Shown: in pieces, positions 29,813-39,175 of the stretch
Numbering within the stretch: position 1 is the stretch's first letter
Layout of the letters: each line of letters begins with the position of its first letter
NCBI GenBank assembly: GCA_965215185.1
Contig: OZ244034.1
Span: 800,001 to 864,000, forward strand
DNA: 64,000 nucleotides
Origin: Acidimicrobiia bacterium
GTDB lineage: Bacteria; Actinomycetota; Acidimicrobiia; Spongiisociales; ZC4RG35
Direction of reading: 5' to 3'
The notes under the pieces: generated by a model
The model's database searches: none
What the model saw: only the letters and a program-made list of their open reading frames with translations
Told to the model about the DNA's origin: nothing
Translations under genes and position numbers: made by a program

Positions 29813-30835
29813 TTAGGTTCCTCCGGCGGCGGGAAGAAAAAGGCCCTCTCCCAGGGGGTCGTCGGGGTCAAGCACCAATTGGCTGAAGCCCGTCAGATAG
29901 GCTGTTCCGGTGATGGTGGGGATGATCCCTCTCCCTCCCAGTACCTCGGTCTCGCTTTTGACTGTTCCCACAAACGTGGTGTTGAGCACGCTTTCGTGAA
30001 TGAAAGTGTCGCCCACCTCAAGCTCACCCCGCTGGTAGGCCCAAGCCATGCGGGTGCAACTTCCGGTTCCACAGGGAGAACGATCGAACCCCAACCCGGT
30101 GGAAGTGACCAGATTCTGTCCGTCGGCGCCGGGGGTGCGGGGAGGTCCCATGTAGAGCAGTTGGTCCACCTGCTTTGGAGTCCCCGGGGGCCAGTCGGTT
30201 CGATCGGCAAGCATCCTGTTCAACCGAAGCCGGATGCGATGGCTTAGCGCCACCAGTTCGGGGATCGACCCCAAAGAGATGCAGATGCCCAACTGCTCGG
30301 TTCTCACCATCGCATACCAGATTCCTCCGTATCCGATGTCCACTTCGACGATCCGACCGTCCACTTCCACCTTCACCTTTGAAACAGCCACCCAGGAGGG
30401 GGCGCCCTGGAAAGTCACTGATCGCACCTTGCCTTTCTCCACTCGAGCAGAGACCTCCATCAGTCCGCTCAGGGTTTCCACGGTCATCTCGGTGGTGGGC
30501 TCCTGGGCAGGCATCATGGCAGTTTCCAACAGGGTGGTGACCGTGCCGATTAAGGCGTGGCCGCACATGGTGAGTGACCCCAGCGCCGAGAGGATCAGAA
30601 TCGAAAGATCCGCCTTGGGATGGAAGGGAGGAAGAGGCAGAACGGCATGCCAGGGCGCATGTCCGCGCGGCTCGCCCACCAACATCTTGGCCAGGTCCGA
30701 ATAGTGCGCCAGGAAGTCTGCTTCCCGCTCCCGCAGGGTGGCGCCGCTCAGCTCAGGAAAGCCGCCGGTTACCACCCGGGTGGGTTCCCCAGCGGTGTGG
30801 GAGTCGATCACATGCAGACGTCGGATGAAGGCCAT
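29813..30835 (-). CDS. proline racemase / hydroxyproline epimerase family protein
   Basis: DSHTAGEPTR, EPRGH, MCGH, DRSPCGTGS (Cys/Cys pair). Confidence 0.92.
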   Translation of the reverse strand: MAFIRRLHVIDSHTAGEPTRVVTGGFPELSGATLREREADFLAHYSDLAKMLVGEPRGHAPWHAVLPLPPFHPKADLSILILSALGSLTMCGHALIGTVTTLLETAMMPAQEPTTEMTVETLSGLMEVSARVEKGKVRSVTFQGAPSWVAVSKVKVEVDGRIVEVDIGYGGIWYAMVRTEQLGICISLGSIPELVALSHRIRLRLNRMLADRTDWPPGTPKQVDQLLYMGPPRTPGADGQNLVTSTGLGFDRSPCGTGSCTRMAWAYQRGELEVGDTFIHESVLNTTFVGTVKSETEVLGGRGIIPTITGTAYLTGFSQLVLDPDDPLGEGLFLPAAGGT

Positions 30836-30921
30836 TGGTGATCCTCCCGGTTGAGATACGGTCTGTCCATGCTAAATTTCGTAATTGTCTTCCAGCTAAT
30901 AGCACAAAGGGTAAAGAAACA

Positions 30922-32478
30922 ATGGGAAAAATCACCTATGCCACCATGTCGGCTGACGATCCGGCACTTCATCAAGCCTACGAGGAGGGACTCGCTGCCG
31001 CCACCGAACAAATCGGGCAGACTCATCCCCTGCTGATAAACGGAGAAAAGCGATATACCGAACAAACTTACGTAGAACGCTCGCCGATCGATTCCGAGGT
31101 TGTGGTGGGCGTCTATTCTCAGGCTTCAGCCGACGACATCGACGACGCGGTGGAGGCCGCACGCGCTTTTCAACCCGAGTGGGAAGCAACTCCCTGGCAA
31201 GAGAGAGTGGCCATAGTCCGTCGGGCGGCCGAAATTGTTGAAGAGGAAACCCCGGTTCTGGCGGGGTTCCTGACTTGGGAGATTGGCAAGAACCGGCTGG
31301 AGGCTATGGGAGATGTCTCCGAAGCAGTGGCCTTTGCCAGCTACTACTGCGACCGGCTGGACGAGGCAGGCGGGTTGGAGACGGCCATGGGGGAGTATGG
31401 AATCGGAGACGTCAACCGTTCGGTGCTGCGGCCTTGGGGAGTGTGGGCGATCATCTCTCCTTTCAACTTTCCGATGGCGCTGGTGGCCAGCCCCACTTCG
31501 GCGGCTCTTCTCACCGGAAACACCGTGGTCCTGAAGCCGTCGAACACCGGGGCATTGGGCTCACTATTGCTGGCTGACATTTTCTTCCGGGCGGGACTGC
31601 CCAGTGGAGCACTGCAGGTTGTGACCGGCGGCGATGAAGCGGGTGATCGGCTGGCCCATCATCAGCACGTGGACGGGGTTACGTTCACTGGTTCCTACGA
31701 CGTGGGGATGTACCTATACCGAACCGTTGCCAGCACTCGTCCCAAGCCGGTGGTGTGCGAGATGGGCGGAAAGAACCCGGCGGTGGTGACGGCCTCAGCC
31801 GATCTCGAACTGGCCGCCGAAGGGGTGATGCGGGCCGCATTCGGGCTGTCGGGACAGAAGTGTTCGGCCAACTCCCGGGTGTATGTGGAAAGGCCGGCTT
31901 ACGACGAGTTTGTCGATCTGCTAACCCAGAAGACCAGCGAAATCCAGGTGGGAGATCCTCGGAACGCAGAGGTGTTTTTGGGACCGGTCATCGACCAGGC
32001 CGCCGTAGACCGTTTCCGCTCGGCCGTGGAGGCCGTGAAAGAGGCGGGCGGAGAGGTTTTGGCTGGAGGTGAGGTGGTGACCGAAGGTGACTTGACCCGG
32101 GGTAACTTCCTCCAGCCCACTGTGGTGACCGCCCCGCAAGAGGCTTGGGTCTGGGAGAAGGAGTTGTTCGTGCCGTTCGTGGCTGTGACCGCGGTGGATT
32201 CTCTGGACGAGGGAATCGACAAGGCCAATGACACGGTCTTTGGCCTAACTGCCGGAGTGTTCGCAGGCACCGACGAAGAGGTGAACCACTTTTTTGAGCG
32301 GATCCAGGCCGGTGTGGTGTACGCCAACCGCCGGGCCGGTTCCACTACCGGCGCCTGGCCCGACATCCAACCCTTCGGTGGTTGGAAGGGTTCGGGCACC
32401 TCAGGAGCAGGAAGCGGTGGTCCCTGGTACATGAGGTCGTATGTGCGGGAGCAGGCTCGGACGCTGATCCGGGAGTAA
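30922..32478 (+). CDS. aldehyde dehydrogenase, P5C dehydrogenase (RocA/PruA)-like
   Basis: ISPFNFP, FTGS, EMGGKN, GQKCSA, TTGA..QPFGGWKGSG. Confidence 0.88.
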   Translation: MGKITYATMSADDPALHQAYEEGLAAATEQIGQTHPLLINGEKRYTEQTYVERSPIDSEVVVGVYSQASADDIDDAVEAARAFQPEWEATPWQERVAIVRRAAEIVEEETPVLAGFLTWEIGKNRLEAMGDVSEAVAFASYYCDRLDEAGGLETAMGEYGIGDVNRSVLRPWGVWAIISPFNFPMALVASPTSAALLTGNTVVLKPSNTGALGSLLLADIFFRAGLPSGALQVVTGGDEAGDRLAHHQHVDGVTFTGSYDVGMYLYRTVASTRPKPVVCEMGGKNPAVVTASADLELAAEGVMRAAFGLSGQKCSANSRVYVERPAYDEFVDLLTQKTSEIQVGDPRNAEVFLGPVIDQAAVDRFRSAVEAVKEAGGEVLAGGEVVTEGDLTRGNFLQPTVVTAPQEAWVWEKELFVPFVAVTAVDSLDEGIDKANDTVFGLTAGVFAGTDEEVNHFFERIQAGVVYANRRAGSTTGAWPDIQPFGGWKGSGTSGAGSGGPWYMRSYVREQARTLIRE

Positions 32479-32493
32479 ACCTCCCGCCCGCTC

Positions 32494-34041
32494 CTAGGAG
32501 TCGGCCAAAATCCGAAGAGCCGCATTGCGGCCGCAGGCCGCGATGATGCTTCCGCCCGGATGGGTGGAAGCGCCGCACAGATACACTCCGTCAACGGGTG
32601 TGCGATAGGGCATGCGCTGATCCCAGGCGTAAGGGGGGAGGTGATCGCCCTGGAATATGTGCCCGCCGGTCAACCCGGTTTTGGCTTCTATATCGGGTGG
32701 GCCCACCACCTCACAGTGCAAGATGGTGTCCGAAAACCCCGGCGACCATTCTTCGATCATTGAGATCACCCTCTGGCCGACCCGGTCACGATGGTGATCC
32801 CAACTGCGGCCGTCTGCCCATGAATAGGGAAGGTGCTGGACAAAACAGGAGACGACATGAACTCCCTCGGGCGCCACTGTTGGGTCGTAGGCCGTCTGAG
32901 GATACAGTTCGGCCCATATCGGACCCAGTTGCCCGCGGGTGGTGGCCCGGTGGGATTGATGAAGTCTCTCCATCCCGCTTCCGATGTCCACCATGGCCCG
33001 CGCCGATGCGGCGAAGTCGTTGATCACCGGCAACCGGGTGAGGGCGAAATTGACCTTACCAACTGTTCCGACCATCGGCCAGGTGGCCACCTTGTGGCCG
33101 AATGCGGGCGGTATCTGCGCGTCCACCATGGCAAATGTCCGTCTCGGGTCAGCGCTGGATGCCACCACCGGCGCTTTGATCCGCCGCCCGTCCTGCAGTT
33201 CGACACCTTGACCGGGAATGATGGCGCTCACCGTAGCGCCGGTTGCTATCCGGGCGCCGTAGGCGACCGCGGCGTTGCGGATGGCTTCAGCCACCCCGAT
33301 GGTGCCGCCCCGGGGAAAGGCCCAGGTCATCACCGAAGGTCCAGCCAGGCCGCCGGAGGCGTGGTGAAACTTGATGAAGGCGGTGCCAGGGTCTCGGGGA
33401 GAGGCGTTGGTGCCGATGATCCCGTTGGCGGCTATCGCGTCCAGGATCCGCTGGTCGGAGATGAATCCGCTCACCAGACCTTCAAAGGACTGTTCGAACA
33501 GGGTGTGCATGACCCCCGGGTCGTTATTAACCCGCTCGCCGATTATCTCCCTGGTGGGTGCTTCATGCAACCACAGGTCGTCGTCGTTTTTGGGTCGTAG
33601 CTTGGACCGGATGCCCTTCAGGTACTTGACCAGTGCTCCGAAGCCTTTGACGTCCGACGGCGCCGCCCACCGGCTCATCTCCGACCAGGTGCGATCCTCG
33701 TCCAGGTAGTCGACGATCCCGATCCCCGGCTCGATGGGCACGTACAGCTGCGGGTCGGGATAAGTCAGGTGAAGCCCCCGGGAGAACAGATTCAGGTCTT
33801 TGCAGATGCGAGGGTGAAGCAAGCCCACCATATAGGAGCAGGTGGAGATTTTCACCCCCGGCCACGGCTCTTCGCTCCCCGTCGACCCTCCTATCTGGCC
33901 GCGCTTCTCCAACACCACCACCTTTTTGCCGGCCCGAGCCAGATAGGCGGCGGTGGTCAAGCCGTTGTGGCCGGCGCCCACCACTATCACGTCCCAGTTG
34001 ATCTGGTCTATACGTTCTGAGGAAATGCCCGCATCCGCCAT
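32494..34041 (-). CDS. phytoene dehydrogenase-like FAD-dependent oxidoreductase
   Basis: GAGHNGLTTAAYLARAG, DPTVAPEG, GLTGGHIFQG, YLCGASTHPGG. Confidence 0.88.
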   Translation of the reverse strand: MADAGISSERIDQINWDVIVVGAGHNGLTTAAYLARAGKKVVVLEKRGQIGGSTGSEEPWPGVKISTCSYMVGLLHPRICKDLNLFSRGLHLTYPDPQLYVPIEPGIGIVDYLDEDRTWSEMSRWAAPSDVKGFGALVKYLKGIRSKLRPKNDDDLWLHEAPTREIIGERVNNDPGVMHTLFEQSFEGLVSGFISDQRILDAIAANGIIGTNASPRDPGTAFIKFHHASGGLAGPSVMTWAFPRGGTIGVAEAIRNAAVAYGARIATGATVSAIIPGQGVELQDGRRIKAPVVASSADPRRTFAMVDAQIPPAFGHKVATWPMVGTVGKVNFALTRLPVINDFAASARAMVDIGSGMERLHQSHRATTRGQLGPIWAELYPQTAYDPTVAPEGVHVVSCFVQHLPYSWADGRSWDHHRDRVGQRVISMIEEWSPGFSDTILHCEVVGPPDIEAKTGLTGGHIFQGDHLPPYAWDQRMPYRTPVDGVYLCGASTHPGGSIIAACGRNAALRILADS

Positions 34042-34105
34042 GCTGCCAGCATAAACAACCCGACAGATCGAGATTGACCCCTTGAGGTATACTTCCCTGA
34101 CCTTT

Positions 34106-34192
34106 GTCGGAGTGGCGGAAATGGCAGACGCGCTAGGTTGAGGGCCTAGTCCTCTACGGAGGGTGAGGGTTCAAGTCCCTCCTCCGACACCA
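34106..34192 (+). tRNA. tRNA-Leu(GAG)
   Basis: gtcggagtggcggaaatggcagacgcgctaggttGAGggcctag...gggttcaagtccctcctccgacacca; TATACT box upstream. Confidence 0.97.
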
Positions 34193-34336
34193 GTAGCATC
34201 TTATCTGCCTTCCCCATAATTGGGCCTTTGCCACATTGCGCAATAAACACCCCAGGTCAGAGGCCTTTTTCTCTTCGCTAGTTCCCTCTATAGGGGGAAA
34301 CCTGGAACCATAGATATTTGGGTGTTTCTTCGTAGG

Positions 34337-34729
34337 TCAGAACGTCGGCAAGGTAATCCGACAGGTGTCAATCTCAATCTCACCTATTGCGTCTGACCGG
34401 ACCATTTCTCCGAAACTGTTCCGAGCGCTGTAATCGACTGTGATCAGGACTCTGCCGTCGCTGATGCTGTCCTCGGGCTCGTAATAAATGCCGTTGGTTT
34501 GCATGCTAATCGGGAGTTTTAGCGCTTCACGGATGAGTCTCTCGAATCCATCGTGGTCACTGTCCCATGGGCTGACACATGCCTCGAATACTTGTTGGGC
34601 GTTTCTGGGCTTGGCTGTGGTTACTGCTCCAGTGGTCTGGGGCGAGTTGGTTTGAGTTGAGGTATTACAGGCTAAGTTTGTAACCGCAAGCAGGATCAGC
34701 ACCATTAGAACGAGAGCCTTCCGTACCAT
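34337..34729 (-). CDS. hypothetical lipoprotein
   Basis: Signal MVRKALVLMVLILLAVTNLA-C, Thr-rich linker, YSARNSFG motif. Confidence 0.7.
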   Translation of the reverse strand: MVRKALVLMVLILLAVTNLACNTSTQTNSPQTTGAVTTAKPRNAQQVFEACVSPWDSDHDGFERLIREALKLPISMQTNGIYYEPEDSISDGRVLITVDYSARNSFGEMVRSDAIGEIEIDTCRITLPTF

Positions 34730-34928
34730 ATTGTCCTTGGTTGGGAAGGTCGCCGATTCTACAAATCTAGACCATCGCGAGGCTGTTGAAGGAAGCCGAG
34801 CCCAAAACGTTCCGGGCGGAACACTTGAACCAAGAAAGACCGGACCCGCCACCCAAGCCCCGGTGATGGCACCGCCCAAGACCTTCCTGGGGACAGTTCA
34901 GGTTCATGGGCTTTGGCGGCCAGAGGGC

Positions 34929-36182
34929 TCAGCGGCTGCTCACCGGGACACGGGTCGAGAGATAGGCGGACAGATGGTCGACCAGTTCGCGAGCGTCGTC
35001 CTCGGCACCATGGATGAAGCTCGACTTGCGTCGACGGAGGAAGTTCAGCCCGATTCTGTACATGCCGGGCGAGTCGGTGACGACGCCGCCGTCGTGGCGG
35101 AGTCGGCCCCTGTGGTCGAACACCGGAACATGAAGCCACGAGTAGTCCGGCCGGTAGCCGGTGGCCCAGACGACGGTCTTGATCTCTCCGCCAGCGAGAT
35201 CAAGACCCAGAGGCGGTGACTTCTCAACGCGGGTCCGCTGGTAGTGGTGGGGAGGGTCGCACTCGGCGTCCAAGCCGTTCTCGGTGATCCACTCGTCGAT
35301 ACCGAGCAGCATCCGGCCCATCTTGAGGTCGGAGCGGTTGCACTTGTTGTGGAGTGACCCCGACAGTTGGGCTTTCCCGTCCGTGATGCCAGCCAGCCGG
35401 CCCACCATACGCACTCCCTGGCCGGTCAGGGCGTTTAGGTCGAGCATCAGTCGCTCCGGCGTTCCGACCAGTTGGGGGGAAGGAACCGTACGGGCCCGCA
35501 CGATGTCATCCACCTCGTCGTAGCGCTCGTCGGACAGGCCGGTGACCTCAAACCAGTAGCGGATGTCCTTGCCACGGTATACCCGGGGCATTCGGACGTG
35601 TTCGCCTACCGACACCGTCACCGGTCGCCCGGAACGGTGGATCTCGTCGGCCAGTTGCACACCGGTGGCCGACGCTCCCACCACCAGCACCCCACCGTCC
35701 CGGAGGTCCGATGGGCGGCGATAGTCGAGCGGGGTCACCGAGTCGATCGAGGTCGGGAGCGCCGCGGCGATGGGCGGTACCTTGGGTAGGTTGAACCCGC
35801 CGGTGGCCAGCACCACCGAGCGGCACGACCACACTCCACGGTCGGTCACGACCTCGTAGTCTCCACCGTCCTTGCGCAGGGAGGTGACGGTGGTGAGGGT
35901 ATGGAGGGGCGGATCGACCATTCGAGCGTACTGGTCGAGGAAGTCGACGATCTGCGGCATGGTCATGAACCCGTCGGGATCGTCGCCGTCGTAGGCGAAG
36001 CCGGGCAACCTGGTCTGCCAGTTCGGAGTGAGGAGGCGAAGCGAGTTCCAGCGCTCTGTCCGCCATGTGTTGGCTACCTCCCCACGCTCGAGGACCACAT
36101 GGTCGATCGAACGCTGGGAAAGGAGGTAGCTGACCGCCAGGCCGGTGTGCCCGGCCCCGATTACGACAGTGGCAGTACGCAC
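34929..36182 (-). CDS. flavin-containing monooxygenase-like oxidoreductase (CzcO/MSMEG_0569-like)
   Basis: VIGAGHTGLA, RWNSLRLLTPNW, VVGASATGVQLADE, VWATGY. Confidence 0.88.
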   Translation of the reverse strand: MRTATVVIGAGHTGLAVSYLLSQRSIDHVVLERGEVANTWRTERWNSLRLLTPNWQTRLPGFAYDGDDPDGFMTMPQIVDFLDQYARMVDPPLHTLTTVTSLRKDGGDYEVVTDRGVWSCRSVVLATGGFNLPKVPPIAAALPTSIDSVTPLDYRRPSDLRDGGVLVVGASATGVQLADEIHRSGRPVTVSVGEHVRMPRVYRGKDIRYWFEVTGLSDERYDEVDDIVRARTVPSPQLVGTPERLMLDLNALTGQGVRMVGRLAGITDGKAQLSGSLHNKCNRSDLKMGRMLLGIDEWITENGLDAECDPPHHYQRTRVEKSPPLGLDLAGGEIKTVVWATGYRPDYSWLHVPVFDHRGRLRHDGGVVTDSPGMYRIGLNFLRRRKSSFIHGAEDDARELVDHLSAYLSTRVPVSSR

Positions 36183-36195
36183 TCTGCCTCGCCTG

Positions 36196-36750
36196 CTAGT
36201 TGACCCTGACGGTCACGTTGGTGGGGTTGGTCAGGATGTCGAACACGGCCGAGGTCTTCTGCGACTGGGCGACCAAGGCCTCGAGGTCTGCCGCGCTGGT
36301 GTCGTCGGCGTCGATCTCGTATTTGACCCGCACATCAGTGAACCCGTTTCTGGTATCGGGATCCGCTCCGAGGATGCCCCCGATGTTCATATCGGCTTCC
36401 ACCGTTGCCTTTACAGAACGCAGCTTGATCTCCCGGTTCTCGGCGACCGCCGCCACGCCGGCGGTCAGACAACTCGCTAGGCCCGCCAGCACGATCTCCA
36501 CCGGAGTGACGGCGTTGTCCTCGGCGTTGAACTCCAGAGGATGGTCGGCCTCCAGTTGGTAGGTCGATTTGTGGGCCCGCTCTTCACCCAGTCCAAAGTA
36601 CCCGCCGATCGTCGTCCTGCTGTACGTTCCGTGTACCCACTCGTTCGAGGCTTTCCATGTGTAGTCGCCCGCGGCCGGTGTCTCTCCGACCACTCCCCGG
36701 GCAAACAGCAGATGCGCCGTGTCTACTCCGTTGATCTCACCTTTGCTCAT
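36196..36750 (-). CDS. OsmC family protein
   Basis: ADHP, TPVEIVLAGLASCLTAG, SAVFDILTNPT. Confidence 0.88.
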   Translation of the reverse strand: MSKGEINGVDTAHLLFARGVVGETPAAGDYTWKASNEWVHGTYSRTTIGGYFGLGEERAHKSTYQLEADHPLEFNAEDNAVTPVEIVLAGLASCLTAGVAAVAENREIKLRSVKATVEADMNIGGILGADPDTRNGFTDVRVKYEIDADDTSAADLEALVAQSQKTSAVFDILTNPTNVTVRVN

Positions 36751-37231
36751 GGCATGTCTCCTTTAGTTCGTTGTTGGTTAGCTGAAAGTTTTGGTCACTG
36801 TTGTCTGAATTCATCCTGGAGGGCCGGTTCTCTGCTGTTCGAGTCTTGAGCTTCGAGCCAACGACCGGTTCCGGATGTGATCAAACGCCGCGGCGGTAAG
36901 CCTTGGGGTCGCTCCCGGGTGGTGGCGTTGTCTATGGGCGGTCAGTGATCCCGCCCGGGTGAGCCACCCGGGAGCCGGGACAACCCATGTCCTCGCGAGG
37001 TGTTGTTTTGGCCAAGCGCAGGGCATCCATATGACAGTTTTTCACGCTCCCCTAGAGGGTAGTCGGATACCCGCATGTCCGGGGCGGCAAAATGTAACAG
37101 AAGCCACGGCAACCACACAGCAGGAACGTGTCAGTCACAAACTGTTTCGCTCCTTGATGTGGACCCTGCTGTGCACCGATCTTGAGAACTGCTGACCTGA
37201 AGACGCCTTGGGTGGTGTAGCCTTGGGGTTC

Positions 37232-37534
37232 ATGGCGGATCCGAAAGAGTTGCCCCAGCAGGTGGAGGAATTGGTCCAGCTGACCAAGCAGTATCTTCGC
37301 CAGGAGACGGTTGATCCACTGCGGCGCATCGGGCAATTGGCGGCCAAGGCGGGGGTTGCTGCGGTGTTGCTGGTATTGGCGGTGGTGTTGTTTTCTCTTG
37401 CTTTGCATCAGTTTCTAAGCGATGTCCTACCGGACACAAGCTGGTGGGCAGTGGCCGCGGCCGGCATAACGGCAGTTGTGAGCATGGTGCCGGTCGGCAT
37501 CTTGGCAACAAGAATCAGGGGTAGTGGTGAGTGA
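37232..37534 (+). CDS. holin-X (Phage_holin_3_6)-like small membrane protein
   Basis: ELVQLTKQYLRQETVDPLRRIG followed by two TM helices. Confidence 0.7.
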   Translation: MADPKELPQQVEELVQLTKQYLRQETVDPLRRIGQLAAKAGVAAVLLVLAVVLFSLALHQFLSDVLPDTSWWAVAAAGITAVVSMVPVGILATRIRGSGE

Positions 37535-37745
37535 TCAACCCACGGTGGTGACTCGTGACGATCTCGAGCAGCTCGCTCAGGAGATTGTCGACAATTTGAA
37601 CCAGACCGGCGAGTCGCTGCGCAGTCCGCTGGTTGTCAAGGGACTAGGCGCGGCGGCGGCGATGGGATTGATCTACTGGGCGGGGAGGCGCAGAGGTCGC
37701 AAAAGGATCAGGAAGGCTATTTCCGAATTGGCCCGGATGGTTTGA
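37524..37745 (+). CDS. small hypothetical protein with C-terminal membrane anchor
   Basis: VTRDDLE...GLIYWAGRRRGRK; overlaps the upstream gene. Confidence 0.7.
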   Translation: MVSDQPTVVTRDDLEQLAQEIVDNLNQTGESLRSPLVVKGLGAAAAMGLIYWAGRRRGRKRIRKAISELARMV

Positions 37746-37772
37746 TGCGGGCCTAGGTGTGGTTCCGGTCGC

Positions 37773-37907
37773 CTAGCCTCTGAGTCGTCGTCGTTTGGCG
37801 GCCCAACGCCAGACCAGTATTCCGGCGGTCATCAGCCACAAATCTCCGGTACGAGCTCCACCGAAAGCGGAGTTTCTTCCCAAGCGAATAAGGCGGCTGA
37901 TTTTCAT
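37773..37907 (-). CDS. possible small membrane protein
   Basis: MKISRLIRLG...WLMTAGILVWRWAAKRRR, 44 aa. Confidence 0.35.
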   Translation of the reverse strand: MKISRLIRLGRNSAFGGARTGDLWLMTAGILVWRWAAKRRRLRG

Positions 37908-37963
37908 AGCATTTGTATAAGGTATTGACTCTAAGCCTAGGCAGCATGATGAAAGGAGCGTCA

Positions 37964-38059
37964 TTGAGGAACGACCGGATGCGAAGGTTCTTGGTCTGGA
38001 TTCTGGTTTTGGCCCTGGTTCTCACCCTGTTGACTTCGGTGCTTTCTTTTTTCCAATGA
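37964..38059 (+). CDS. 31-aa single-TM microprotein (Prli42/DUF4044-like)
   Basis: RBS aaggag then TTG; MRNDRMRRFLVWILVLALVLTLLTSVLSFFQ; stop overlaps the next start (ATGA). Confidence 0.7.
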   Translation: MRNDRMRRFLVWILVLALVLTLLTSVLSFFQ

Positions 38060-38250
38060 AAGTTCTTCTGCATCAGCCGCGGCGGGAGGTTGAGGTCAGC
38101 GGAACGGCGACGGTCAAGGCTTTGCTGAACCGGCTCGACTTGGTCTCCGAGTCGGTGCTGGTGATCAGAGGAGACCAGCTTCTCACAGACGAGGAGCGCC
38201 TGCACCCTGGGGATGTGATCGAAATACGCCCGGTCATCTCCGGAGGTTGA
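38056..38250 (+). CDS. ttuB: ubiquitin-like sulfur carrier (MoaD/ThiS family, TtuB-like)
   Basis: 64-aa beta-grasp-like protein ending IRPVISGG, directly upstream of a TtuA-like gene. Confidence 0.82.
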   Translation: MKVLLHQPRREVEVSGTATVKALLNRLDLVSESVLVIRGDQLLTDEERLHPGDVIEIRPVISGG

Positions 38251-38257
38251 CGACACC

Positions 38258-39175
38258 TTGAAGTGCCGGGTGTGCCGCCAACGGGCGGTGATCTCCGTAC
38301 GTCGGCACAACGCCAGCTTCTGCAGGGAACACTTCATCTCCCATGTCCGTCGCCAGGTGGAGCGCACCATCTCCGACTATCACATGTTCGGTCCCCAAGA
38401 TCGGCTGGTGCTGGGAGTATCGGGGGGAAAGGACAGCTTGGCGCTTTGGGACATCCTCACGGTGCTGGGCTATCGGGTTGACGGTGTGTATCTGCATCTG
38501 GGGATCGGGGAATACAGCTCCGACGGGCTGCGTTTCAGCCAGAAGTTTGCCGCCGAACGGGGCTTGTCCCTGGAGGTGGTGGATCTGGCAGGTGAGCACG
38601 GTTTCTCGGTTACCCAAGCCAGTGATCTGACCAGCCGCGTGGCCTGTGCGGCCTGCGGTTTGTCCAAGCGATATCTTCTCAACGATGCGGCGGCGCAACG
38701 GGGATACGATGTGCTGGTGATGGGACACAATCTTGACGATGAGGCCGCCGTTCTCTTGGGAAACGTGCTGCGCTGGCAGGTGGACTATCTCGCTCGTCAA
38801 CGTCCGGTGCTTCCGGCCTCCGACGGTGGGCTGGTGCGCAAGGTGAAACCGCTCTTGCGGGTAGCCGAGCGGGAGACTGCCGCCTACGCGGTGCTGCGGG
38901 GAATCGAGTATGAGATTGAGGAATGCCCGATGGCAGCCGGCAATACCTTGAATCGGTACAAGGAGTGGCTGAACCGTTTGGAACAGCAGTCTCCGGGCTT
39001 GAAGACACATTTTTTGTTCGGCTTCTTGGATAGGGGAGCGGCCTATTTTCCTCCCGATCCCCCGGAACTGTCTTCCTGCGAACAATGCGGGAGGCCCACT
39101 CCCGGCGATACCTGCGCATTTTGCCGGATGAAAACCGTAACGGTGCTTCGCATCTCCGAACGCGGGGTCTCATGA
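38258..39175 (+). CDS. ttuA: tRNA 2-thiolation enzyme TtuA/Ncs6-like
   Basis: N-terminal CxxC..CxxH zinc finger, PP-loop SGGKDS, CAACGLSKRY, GHNLDDE, ECP, C-terminal CxxC..CxxC. Confidence 0.88.
   Translation: MKCRVCRQRAVISVRRHNASFCREHFISHVRRQVERTISDYHMFGPQDRLVLGVSGGKDSLALWDILTVLGYRVDGVYLHLGIGEYSSDGLRFSQKFAAERGLSLEVVDLAGEHGFSVTQASDLTSRVACAACGLSKRYLLNDAAAQRGYDVLVMGHNLDDEAAVLLGNVLRWQVDYLARQRPVLPASDGGLVRKVKPLLRVAERETAAYAVLRGIEYEIEECPMAAGNTLNRYKEWLNRLEQQSPGLKTHFLFGFLDRGAAYFPPDPPELSSCEQCGRPTPGDTCAFCRMKTVTVLRISERGVS

Noticed and set aside
37232-37534. Holin-like gene as prophage evidence
   Set aside because: Holin-X-like proteins are common chromosomal actinobacterial membrane proteins and there are no phage neighbours
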